DNA from: Rhodospirillales bacterium | GTDB lineage: Bacteria > Pseudomonadota > Alphaproteobacteria > Bin95 | Length of the DNA: 64,000 nucleotides | Assembly: GCA_038143065.1 (NCBI GenBank) | Contig: JAYQLI010000033.1 | Span: 37,906 to 101,905, forward strand | Reading direction: 5' to 3' | Part shown: piece by piece, positions 55,687 to 64,000 of the stretch | Position numbering within the stretch: the first letter of the stretch is position 1 | How the letters are laid out: every line of letters begins with the position of its first letter | Made by a program: the position numbers and the translations under genes | Notes under the pieces: model-generated | Seen by the model: the letters and a program-made list of their open reading frames with translations, nothing else | What the model was told of the DNA's origin: nothing | Databases searched by the model: none

Positions 55687-57071
55687 ATGATTAATCGCCG
55701 CACTTTTTTTCTCAATCTGCTTTATCCTTGTCGTTGATAGCGTTACCCACGCTGGTTCAAGCAAGTACAGTCACAAGGCGTTACCAGCTAGCGGCCGATA
55801 AAAGTAATGTTTCATTTGATGACAAAGGTGAAGAAACGAGTTTGTGGTTGTACAATAAGACAACGCCCGGCCCTTTGCTCAAGGCAAGGAGAGGGGAGAT
55901 AATAGAAGTCGAATTTACAAATAGACTAGACCATCCGTCTACCATCCATTGGCATGGGATACGTAACATTAATGAGATGGATGGTGTCCCAGACTTGACG
56001 CAAGCAGCTGTTGAGCCAGGTGAGACATTTACATATCGTTTCCCAGTTAATGATGCGGGCACATTCTGGTATCACGCTCACCAAAAATCTTGGGAGCAAG
56101 TTGCGCGAGGGCTGTATGGAGCACTCATTGTTCTAGATGAAAATGAAAAGTTTGAAGATGAGAGAGACCAGCTCATTGTTGCCGATGACTGGTTACTAGA
56201 TAAGAACGATCAAATTGATACGGCCAGTCTTGGTAATCTTGGCCATTGGTCCCATGGTGGACGTCTAGGAAACGCCCTCACAATTAATGGATCGTTCAGC
56301 CCTGGTATAGAAATAGCTTCTCAAGGGCAGGTCAAATTGCGTCTGTTAAATGCAGCAAATGCGAGGGTTTTATCGTTTGCACTCAACGATAAATTGCCTA
56401 TGAAAGTTATCAGCGTGGATGGCTCACCGTGTGAACCATTTGAAGTGGGTGAAGTCCCAATCGCGCCAGCTCAGCGTGTTGATGTTATCGTTGAAGATTG
56501 TGCAAATCTGAAAAAATTGTTTGAGGTAAGCACTGGCTCCCAATTTGAAGCGGCCAGTTTCAATCCGATAAAACAGAACACGACACAACAAAGTGTAATC
56601 CACAGTGTGGCGCCATACTATCAACAGATTGATAGCGCTGATGCTAGACTGGTTGAAATACACATGCAGGGTGGTGCGATGGGCAACCTCGCGAGTGCGT
56701 TATTTGAGGGAGAGGAGCGTAACCTGAGAGATTTGGCAATGAATGACTCTAAATTGTGGGCATTTAATGGTCAGGTTGGTGGGTACGATGTTACCCTCGC
56801 CGATGTCAATCTGGGAGATGCAGTTGCCTTGCGTATTTGGAATGATACCGCTTGGCCGCATGCAATGCACCTTCATGGTCAGCATTTTTGGGTGAAATCT
56901 AGTGAGTTTGGGCAAGAAGAAAAAGCATTGTTAAGAGACACCTACCTTATGCAGCCCGGTGAAAAAGAAGATTTGGTATTTATCGCTAATAATCCAGGAT
57001 TGTGGTTATTTCATTGTCACATGTTAGAGCACAATGCTGCTGGCATGGGCGGCGTTGTATCAGTTTCCTGA
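55687..57071 (+). CDS. Tat-exported multicopper oxidase
   Basis: NRRTFF signal (frameshifted), HWH, YHAH, HAMHLHG, HCHMLEH...M. Confidence 0.95.
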
Positions 57072-57168
57072 GATACGTATCTATAATTTTGCGGCGTTTC
57101 AAGCCGTTGGTCATACTTTAAAACGAGTCATAAAAGACCCGTCTCTATATGTTTCATGTATTAAACCA

Positions 57169-57233
57169 GGTTTGCATCTGACTACGCTATTCCTGTTCCG
57201 CCGATAGGAATGGGTAACTACCTAATCGAATGG
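57169..57233 (+). repeat. 65-bp direct repeat of a copC 3' segment (other copy 63160-63224)
   Basis: GGTTTGCATCTGACTACGC...CTAATCGAATGG identical at both positions. Confidence 0.9.
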
Positions 57234-57244
57234 TGCGGACTTGG

Positions 57245-57321
<77 letters not shown>

Positions 57322-57325
57322 ACTT

Positions 57326-57357
57326 AAGCCCGTAACTTCAAAGAGTTACGGGCTTTT
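57326..57357 (+). terminator. intrinsic terminator after tRNA-fMet
   Basis: AAGCCCGTAACT-tcaaag-AGTTACGGGCTT-TT. Confidence 0.8.
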
Positions 57358-57424
57358 GGATTCTTGGGGTATGTGCCGAAATGGTCCACTGGAATCACTG
57401 TGGGATCATGAGGGGAGGAACTCC

Positions 57425-57539
57425 TTCGCAAAGTGGCGTCCGACATGCCGAAATTGCAGCACAGTTCCTTCACCGTTACACCGGCTTCATGTTCTTTCAA
57501 AATCCCGATAACTTGTTCGTCTGTAAATCTATGTTTCAT
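57425..57539 (-). pseudogene. IS3-family OrfA 5' fragment
   Basis: MKHRFTDEQVIGILKEHEAGVTVKELC...GMSDAT. Confidence 0.85.
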
Positions 57540-57544
57540 TAGTA

Positions 57545-58078
57545 CTATTCTATTGAACCATCTTCAGCACAGTCTTGTATCGTTTTCTTGCTGGTACGAA
57601 ACGACTGAATAACAAGAAGGGCAGCTCCGGTGAAAATCCCGGTATCAGCCAAATTGAATGCGGGCCAGTGGTACACGCCAATGAAGAAATCGAGAAAGTC
57701 CGTTACAGCGCCGACTCGTATCCGATCCAGGAGGTTTCCCAAAGCGCCGCCGATGATCAGAGAAATCGCTGCACCATCAATGGCGCGCTCGGCATTCCAA
57801 AGCCAGACAAGAAGGAAGCCGACGATTACCACGGCCAGCGAAGACAACACAATTGGTCCCCAAGTTCCGAGGTCGTTCAGGAGGCCGAAGCTGACCCCAC
57901 GGTTGAACCCCAACGCAAGATTGAAAAAAGACGAAATGGGAATAACGTGCGGCGGATTCGAGAGGAGTTCGATCATGAACGATTTTGAGGCTTGATCGAG
58001 CAACAGAACGAGGGAGCTTCCGAGAAGACCAATTCCAAAGTGCCGAAGTTTGAGGGAAAACACACGACCAACGGTCAT
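57545..58078 (-). CDS. lspA: lipoprotein signal peptidase II
   Basis: LDQASK, NRGVSFG, GALGNLLDR, VTDF, PAFNLAD. Confidence 0.95.
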   Translation of the reverse strand: MTVGRVFSLKLRHFGIGLLGSSLVLLLDQASKSFMIELLSNPPHVIPISSFFNLALGFNRGVSFGLLNDLGTWGPIVLSSLAVVIVGFLLVWLWNAERAIDGAAISLIIGGALGNLLDRIRVGAVTDFLDFFIGVYHWPAFNLADTGIFTGAALLVIQSFRTSKKTIQDCAEDGSIE

Positions 58079-58584
58079 GATTTTTTCTGCCCGTTTGATT
58101 TTAGAGCCACCCGTTCGTGGACAGCTGGTCCGGCCAAAACTGCCTGACGCGACCGCGCCGCCTCGGCAATCTGGGCCTCGGTTCCAGTCAGGCCGACGAT
58201 AGTCGGATGAAATACCGAAACATACTCGGCCATGGTCTCCACCCGGTCGCGCTCGGGGTCAATCGAGACTAACAGCGGCTTTACCAATCCCGCGTCCGGC
58301 CCGAGTCGCTCCATGACCCGGGCGAGCTCCGCGAGGGTCGTCGGGCATATATCCGGACAGTTGGTGAATCCGAAAAAGACCAGTAACCATTTGCCCTGAT
58401 AGCTTTGCACAGTGACAGCATTGCTGCGGTGATCGGTCAAGTTGAACGTTGGCCGGAAGGAAGTTGCCACATCTTGCGATGAACTGCCGCCACTCGGCCC
58501 ACGATCATGCCACAGACTGAGCCAGAGAAAGCCCGCCAGCGCGACACCCACGCCTCCCCAAAGGGTAATCCTTACGGCTCTCAA
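58075..58584 (-). CDS. SCO1/SenC family protein, C-terminally truncated
   Basis: FGFTNCPDICP, SIDPERD, GLTG; conserved distal His region absent. Confidence 0.85.
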   Translation of the reverse strand: MRAVRITLWGGVGVALAGFLWLSLWHDRGPSGGSSSQDVATSFRPTFNLTDHRSNAVTVQSYQGKWLLVFFGFTNCPDICPTTLAELARVMERLGPDAGLVKPLLVSIDPERDRVETMAEYVSVFHPTIVGLTGTEAQIAEAARSRQAVLAGPAVHERVALKSNGQKKS

Positions 58585-59224
58585 TTTGACGCCACCTCTG
58601 CCTCAACCAGATCGAGCAGTTGCTGCTCGCCGAAGTCGAGCAGCGGTTTTCCGTTGACGAAGAATGTCGGTGTCCCCGTCACGCCGACGTTCTTCACGTC
58701 GGCCGTGTCCTGGTTCAAGACGGCGACGATGCCAGGGAGTTTGGCATCGCGGCGGGCGCGTTCCACGTCGAGGCCTGTTCCGTCTAACAGGCTCCAGGCA
58801 CTATCGGCCGGACGCCCATGTGGCGCCCAACGAGGTTGGGTTTCAAGAAGTCGCTCGAGAACGACCTCGAACTTCCCTGAAGGCGAGCAGCTTCTAGAAT
58901 CCGTATCGCTTCTTCCGATGGTGGATGGAACGCTGTGTATCTGAGCACGACGCGAACTTTCCCCTGAAACTCGGAAAGTATCTTTTTCACCACGGGATGG
59001 AAGGCGCGGCATGCTTCGCACGCGGGATCGAAGAATTCGACGATGGTGACGGGCGCATCTTTTGCTCCAAAGACCGGCGAATGGGGTCTTACCAGCGGCG
59101 CTTCATTTGATACTGGTTTTGTGACCGCCACTTCCTTGCTTGTCGGGGAGTAAAGAAGGCCACCGATGGCAAATAGTCCGACTGCTACTACGGCGGTCAC
59201 GATGATCAGGGTTCGACGGTTCAT
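58581..59224 (-). CDS. DsbA/BdbD-like oxidoreductase, frameshifted
   Basis: APVTIVEFFDPACEAC, GVTGTPTFFVNG. Confidence 0.88.
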
Positions 59225-59649
59225 GAAGATCTCTTTCTAAAGGGAACGGTCAGCAACAAAATGATGGCACTGAAGGAGAAAACGGACAGGTACGGTAGCG
59301 GCAGAACGCCAAACAGCACTTGATCTTCTCCCGAGCATGATGGTCCGTTGCGTTCACAGGGTTGAATTGGTTCGGGGATGATCCCGACGAAAAGCAGGCT
59401 ATGCCAAAGTGCGATCAAGCCGCCAATCAATGCCAAAGGAATAACGTAGTGCCGAACCGCATGATCGGCTCGAAAACTCGCAAGCCCCAGGATAAGTGCC
59501 AGCGGAAACATGGCGATCCGTTGGTACCAGCAAAGAACACAGGGTGTTCGTCCCATGACTTCCCCGATGAACAGGGCCCCGAGGGTCGCGGTCAAAGCAA
59601 TCAGCCATGCGAGATACAAGGCGTTGGTTTGATGGGAGGTGTTCTGCAT
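59221..59649 (-). CDS. dsbB: disulfide bond formation protein B (BdbC-like)
   Basis: PCVLCWYQRIAMFPL, second Cys pair PCERNGPSC. Confidence 0.9.
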   Translation of the reverse strand: MQNTSHQTNALYLAWLIALTATLGALFIGEVMGRTPCVLCWYQRIAMFPLALILGLASFRADHAVRHYVIPLALIGGLIALWHSLLFVGIIPEPIQPCERNGPSCSGEDQVLFGVLPLPYLSVFSFSAIILLLTVPFRKRSS

Positions 59650-59663
59650 GGTGCTACCCGACC

Positions 59664-60335
59664 TCACTCGCCCGTCGCGGGAACGGCACAATGTTGCATT
59701 TCTCCCCACGCCTGACGCACGATCTGCGTGGCCGACCAGAGGAACAGGCCGGCCATGAGAGCGGCGACAATAAGGTCTGGCCACGCAGTCCCGGTAAAAT
59801 AGACACCGGCTGCCGCCCCGATGACGGCCACATTTCCGATGGCGTCGTTGCGGCTGCAGAGCCAGACGGAGCGAACGTTCGCGTCGCCGTCCTTGAATCG
59901 CATGAGAAGGACGACGCTTGCAAGGTTTGCCAAAAGCGCCAACAACCCGACACCGCCCATGACTGTCGCGGACGGCACGCCGAGGACGAGAACTTGATAA
60001 GCGGTCGATCCAAATACCCATAGCCCCATGGCCGCAAGGCTGAGCCCCTTGATGAGTGCGGCCGTGGCGCGGACGTGCAGGGCCATGCCGATGACGTAGA
60101 GGCTGATGGCGTAAGTGGTCGTATCGCCGAGGAAATCGAGGGCGTCCGCCTGCAGCGCCTTCGACCCCGCGAAAGCGCCCGCCGCCATCTCAACGATGAA
60201 CATAGCGCCGTTGATGGCGATGACGATCCACAATGCCCGCTTGAATGCGGCGGAAACGCCGTCGAATTGGGCATCTTGTCCGCAGCAACTTGCACTCATA
60301 CCTTGCTCCTGTAATTCATTATCGAGGCTTGTCAT
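59664..60335 (-). CDS. CDF family cation (Cd/Zn/Co/Pb) efflux protein
   Basis: SCC N-terminus, ALQADALDFLGD, WLCSRNDAIGN. Confidence 0.9.
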   Translation of the reverse strand: MTSLDNELQEQGMSASCCGQDAQFDGVSAAFKRALWIVIAINGAMFIVEMAAGAFAGSKALQADALDFLGDTTTYAISLYVIGMALHVRATAALIKGLSLAAMGLWVFGSTAYQVLVLGVPSATVMGGVGLLALLANLASVVLLMRFKDGDANVRSVWLCSRNDAIGNVAVIGAAAGVYFTGTAWPDLIVAALMAGLFLWSATQIVRQAWGEMQHCAVPATGE

Positions 60336-60371
60336 CCAATTGAACGACGCCTTGAAAGCCTCTAGTCTGAG

Positions 60372-60402
60372 ATACTAATATCTACAATCGTTGTAGGAGC
60401 AA
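60372..60402 (-). promoter_or_regulatory. CadR/PbrR-type promoter/operator
   Basis: Minus strand TTGCTC-19 bp-TAGTAT with dyad CTACAA-cga-TTGTAG. Confidence 0.8.
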
Positions 60403-60411
60403 GAGGAAAAT

Positions 60412-60870
60412 TTGATGAACGTAAGAGATATTTCAATTGGCGAACTGGCAGAAAGAGCTGGTTGCACTGTCCAGATCATTCGGCACTACGAGAAAATCGG
60501 TCTGTTGCCGGATACGAGGCGCACCAGCGGCAATCGGCGCATCTATTCAGAAGATCAGGCCTCGAGGCTGATCTTTATCCGTCACAGCCGGGAGCTGGGT
60601 TTCAGTCTGGACGATATTCGCCAATTGCTGTCGTTTTCGGATCAGCCCGAACAGTCGTGTGAACAAGTGGACGCCATCGCACGCGAGCACCTGCACGGTG
60701 TCCAGGAACGCTTGGGCCGCCTGCGCTCTATGGAACGGGAATTGAAGCGCATGGTCCGCGAGTGTGGTGGCGGGAAAGTTGCGGAATGCCGGATCATTGA
60801 GGTTCTGGCTGATCATTCGAATTGTTTGAACGAGAGACATCCCACGGCCAAATCACGGGGACCGCGATGA
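60412..60870 (+). CDS. MerR family Cd/Pb/Zn-responsive regulator
   Basis: IGELAERAG...IRHYEKIGL; Cys at QSC, ECGGGKVAECRII. Confidence 0.9.
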   Translation: MMNVRDISIGELAERAGCTVQIIRHYEKIGLLPDTRRTSGNRRIYSEDQASRLIFIRHSRELGFSLDDIRQLLSFSDQPEQSCEQVDAIAREHLHGVQERLGRLRSMERELKRMVRECGGGKVAECRIIEVLADHSNCLNERHPTAKSRGPR

Positions 60871-60981
60871 TATTACGAACCAACTACGCTATTTGCGATG
60901 TGCCCCTCAAATGACTAGGAACAACAAAAAGGGTTTTCCATTCCGTCAAGTCGTGCAGCTCCGCTGAGCAGTCGTTTCTTT

Positions 60982-61572
60982 TCACACCTGGCCTCCAATA
61001 ACGAACTGATCGTATGTGTCGTGTTCTGTTGGTTCCTCCAAATCGCGGTCCCATTTTCCTGGAGCGTCATCAGGATATAGGAGAAGAGAGACGGTCATGC
61101 GGGTTTTATCGGGAAGTTCCGAGAATATGCTCATTTCCCGAACCTCTTCTTCCCCCAGCCAAATGCCTTTTGGGTGCAGAATTCCTGTTCGGTTGTCGAT
61201 CAGCATATCCTGTTTTGCAGCTAAGGATGAAGCAGGCAGCGGGATGATCTCTTGACGACCGCGATAGAATATTCCTGATTTGATGAGTGGCTCACTACTC
61301 CACGCCCAATCAATAAAGCCTTCCTTGCGCTTTACCTCCGCGCTAGTGCGATCTTGATCCTGGTATAGGTCAAGAAGCTCGCGACACTCTTCAATGGTAA
61401 AGCCAAACGCGCGGGATCGTCTTATAAATATTAGCTTTCGGACTGATGCATCATCGTAGGTGCGGTACCCGGTATCTGATCGTGATGGTGCGCTTACCAA
61501 ACCGATATCTGCATAGTAGCGAACTGTTTTGACGGGCAAGCCAGCCGCCTTGGATGCAGCAGAAATGTTCAT
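60982..61572 (-). CDS. chimeric ORF: CueR N-terminal domain fused in frame to an ImmA/IrrE-like C-terminal domain
   Basis: MNISAASKAAGLPVKTVRYY...RTSAEVKR, then EGFIDWAWSSEPLIKSG...PLPASSLAA...GIWLGEEEVREM...VSLL. Confidence 0.7.
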   Translation of the reverse strand: MNISAASKAAGLPVKTVRYYADIGLVSAPSRSDTGYRTYDDASVRKLIFIRRSRAFGFTIEECRELLDLYQDQDRTSAEVKRKEGFIDWAWSSEPLIKSGIFYRGRQEIIPLPASSLAAKQDMLIDNRTGILHPKGIWLGEEEVREMSIFSELPDKTRMTVSLLLYPDDAPGKWDRDLEEPTEHDTYDQFVIGGQV

Positions 61573-61583
61573 GCAAATCCTCC

Positions 61584-61614
61584 TTGACCTTCCAGTTGCT
61601 GGGAAGACTAAATG
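61584..61614 (+). promoter_or_regulatory. CueR box promoter
   Basis: TTGACC-TTCCAGTTGCTGGGAAGAC (19 bp)-TAAATG. Confidence 0.8.
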
Positions 61615-61667
61615 ATAGTCCAAATAGGTGCAACGACTTCGCAAAGACCGATGAAAGGGTAAATGAA

Positions 61668-62416
61668 ATGCCAAGAAATAAGGCTACCAAAATAGCAACA
61701 CTCCATCGCATGGTAATGTCGGATCGTATGTGCCCTCACGGTCTGAAATCCAAGGATTTGCTGGAACGCGAGGGATACGAGGTGGAAGATCGCCATTTGA
61801 CTAGCAGAGAAGAAGTGGATGCCTTCAAGACCAAGCATGGCCTTGCAACGACCCCACAGACCTTTATCGACGGCGTTCGTATTGGGGGTTCGATGATCTA
61901 AGAGAATATTTTGGCAAGCCCACTAAAGCCAGGGATACCCTGACCTACACGCCTGTCATTATGTTGTTTTCGGTCGCGGCCTTCATGGCACTCGCCGTGA
62001 CATGGGTCGCGCTTGGGACACCCTTCTCTGGACGAACTATCGAATGGTTTATCTCAATCTCCATGGTGCTGCTAGGGTTACAAAAGCTTCAGGATGTCGA
62101 ACGCTTTGCGACCATGTTTCTCAATTATGACCTGCTGGCACAGCGATGGGTGCGATATGGATACGTCTACCCCTTCGTAGAAACAGGGTCTGGATTACTA
62201 ATGATGGCTGGCGTGCTGACTTGGCTCTCCGCTCCTGCGGCATTTCTTGTGGCTGGAATTGGGGCTGTCAGCGTGTTTAAGGCAGTCTATCTCGACAAGC
62301 GGGAACTTAAGTGTGCCTGTGTTGGGGGCGATAGTAAGGTGCCACTTGGGTTTATCTCACTGACCGAGAACCTCATGATGATTGGCATGGGTGTGTGGAT
62401 GCTCTCAAATCTGTGA
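61668..62416 (+). CDS. glutaredoxin-MauE/DoxX fusion membrane protein, frameshifted
   Basis: CPHG, TTPQTFIDG, YPFVE, LKCACVGG, SLTEN. Confidence 0.85.
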
Positions 62417-62427
62417 TACGAGAAGGA

Positions 62428-62458
62428 TTGACCCTCCACCTGCTGGAAGGTGTATGCT
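62428..62458 (+). promoter_or_regulatory. CueR box promoter
   Basis: TTGACC-CTCCACCTGCTGGAAGGTG (19 bp)-TATGCT. Confidence 0.85.
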
Positions 62459-62488
62459 TCTTCAACAACTTAAAACACGAGAGAATAC

Positions 62489-62923
62489 ATGAAACTTTTT
62501 TACGCCACAGCGATGGCACTAGTAGTTGGTGCGGCGAGTTACATGCTTTGGACAACATTCGAGCCAACTGTCAGTGCAGGCACAACTTCTGGCAGTGATG
62601 ACACAGCATTGGTTAAAGTCATTATGCCGGATAGTTTTTCGGATAAAGCGAAAGTCGGTCAAGTGGGCTTCAATGCAAAATGTGCGGCTTGTCACGGGGT
62701 CAACGCTGCGGGAAAAGACGGTGTTGCGCCCCCACTTGTTCACAAAATCTATGAACCTAGCCATCACGGCGATGAAAGCTTTCAGCGGGCCGCAGCATTA
62801 GGCGTGCGTGCGCACCATTGGCCTTTCGGCAACATGCCTGCTGTTGAAGGTGTCACCCGTGGAGACGTCAAAATGATCACCGCTTACATACGCGAACTTC
62901 AAAGAGCCAATGGGATCAACTGA
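62489..62923 (+). CDS. c-type cytochrome
   Basis: CAACH, PPLVHKIYEPSHHGD, HHWPFGNMP. Confidence 0.92.
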   Translation: MKLFYATAMALVVGAASYMLWTTFEPTVSAGTTSGSDDTALVKVIMPDSFSDKAKVGQVGFNAKCAACHGVNAAGKDGVAPPLVHKIYEPSHHGDESFQRAAALGVRAHHWPFGNMPAVEGVTRGDVKMITAYIRELQRANGIN

Positions 62924-62942
62924 TCGCATGAAGGGACAAACG

Positions 62943-63284
62943 ATGAAACATATCATGTTCACCGCGATGGTGAGGTTGTGGGCTACAAACGCCATTGCGC
63001 ACTCACCGCTTGAGGCGACTGTACCAGCCAACGAGGCCACCGTCTCGAAAACGCCTTCAGAGATTGTTATGGATTTTAAGGGCGCCATTCGACTGACGCG
63101 GGTCAGCATGACCCAAGGCAATCAGCCGAGCGTCAGTCTCGATTAAGATGCCTTTAGCGGGTTTGCATCTGACTACGCTATTCCTGTTCCGCCGATAGGA
63201 ATGGGTAACTACCTAATCGAATGGCGTGGTCTTGGTGCGGATGGTCATCCCTTAAAAGGGTCATTTAGCTTTACGGTTAAATAG
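62943..63284 (+). CDS. copC: CopC-like protein (internal stop at 63144-63146: error or pseudogene)
   Basis: AIA-HSPL and WRGLGADGH in the same frame across the stop. Confidence 0.75.
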
Positions 63285-63418
63285 CAATGCTGGACCTCTG
63301 GGAATTGGCTCAGAGATGAAAGTATGGATGCCAACTAGCGCATAACACACTTTTTAACACACCTAATTTATGTGCTTGTAAACAGCTGAATTTAAATAGG
63401 AAAAGTTTAAGCAGTTTT

Positions 63419-63436
63419 ATCATAATCCGCGTGTCG
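63419..63436 (+). repeat. att core: 18-bp tRNA-Met anticodon-loop copy
   Basis: ATCATAATCCGCGTGTCG, preceded by tandem ACACAC motifs at 63344-63365 like those in the left arms. Confidence 0.75.
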
Positions 63437-63447
63437 ATCGGGACATA

Positions 63448-63663
63448 TTGGAAGACGCGATAGGTGGATTAGGGAGTGCGATACTTGCACTCGCAGTAGG
63501 AACTGGTGTCATTGGTATGATCATGGCACTTTGGCAAATACTGTTTGGCCCGAAGAGACGCTGTCACATGTGTGATGAGGTCGTCCGGCCTAAAGCTTGC
63601 GCAAATGTAAACATTGCGGTGAGCGTCTCTGATGAGCCAACGAAACCCAGACAAAGCATGTAA
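63448..63663 (+). CDS. small membrane protein with probable zinc ribbon, frameshifted
   Basis: TM helix, then CHMC and, in another frame, CKHC. Confidence 0.45.
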   Translation: MEDAIGGLGSAILALAVGTGVIGMIMALWQILFGPKRRCHMCDEVVRPKACANVNIAVSVSDEPTKPRQSM

Positions 63664-64000
63664 GCAGTTCACAGAAAGCTACCGGCGGACCATCGTGTTC
63701 CTGTGCTGGACCTTCTATTCACGAATAGACAGATGGTATCGAGGACACGGCGGTCAAGACGAAGATGCCGACATGGCGAGGCTAGAAGACAAAACAATGC
63801 TGTTTACGCACCTTGAGTTGGTCATTGGTGATTACTGTGACGCATTGAAGGACGAACGCTGGCAAGCGATGAGAGAGACGATCAAGACCGATTGATACGG
63901 TCAGAGACGATAGATTTTCTGATGTTCAATATGGTTCACGATTTGAATGACCGTGGTGGAGTTGACTGAAGGTAACTAGGGTTGTCCTTCCCCTTCATTT

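Overview
Alphaproteobacterial chromosome segment. The gene content and moderate GC suggest a marine lineage, possibly SAR116-like (inference). Many single-base frameshifts, also in rpoN, look like long-read errors. Bases 1-12.3 kb are core genes: rpoN, an M23 peptidase with two bactofilins, a GAF protein, TetR, zntB, a K+ channel and MarC. They end at an elongator tRNA-Met (12320-12396) that anchors a tandem array of three integrated islands, delimited by partial tRNA-Met copies at 24361, 44388 and 63419. Island 1 carries a GC-rich peptide-ABC/SDR/deacetylase/gamma-glutamyltransferase operon, IS3 and phage relics, and a tyrosine integrase. Island 2 carries a group 1l-type [NiFe]-hydrogenase cluster, with five single-pass membrane ORFs between the small and large subunits and hypFE/hypCD. 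It has no hypA or hypB, but encodes a CooC-type Ni-insertion ATPase, a His-rich CobW/COG0523 GTPase, a Cys/His-tailed helical protein and a type II metal-chelate ABC importer. A Cys-tailed MerR regulator lies next to a MerR-type long-spacer promoter in front of the structural genes. Island 3 has an integrase, a second small recombinase, a hairpin-dense non-coding region, an AAA-ATPase backbone and a mosaic of Cu/Cd/Zn-resistance cassettes. That mosaic includes an embedded tRNA-fMet and two cueR genes truncated by defence-gene fragments. The best candidate for an undescribed system is the mobile, MerR-controlled, apparently HypAB-independent hydrogenase maturation module.
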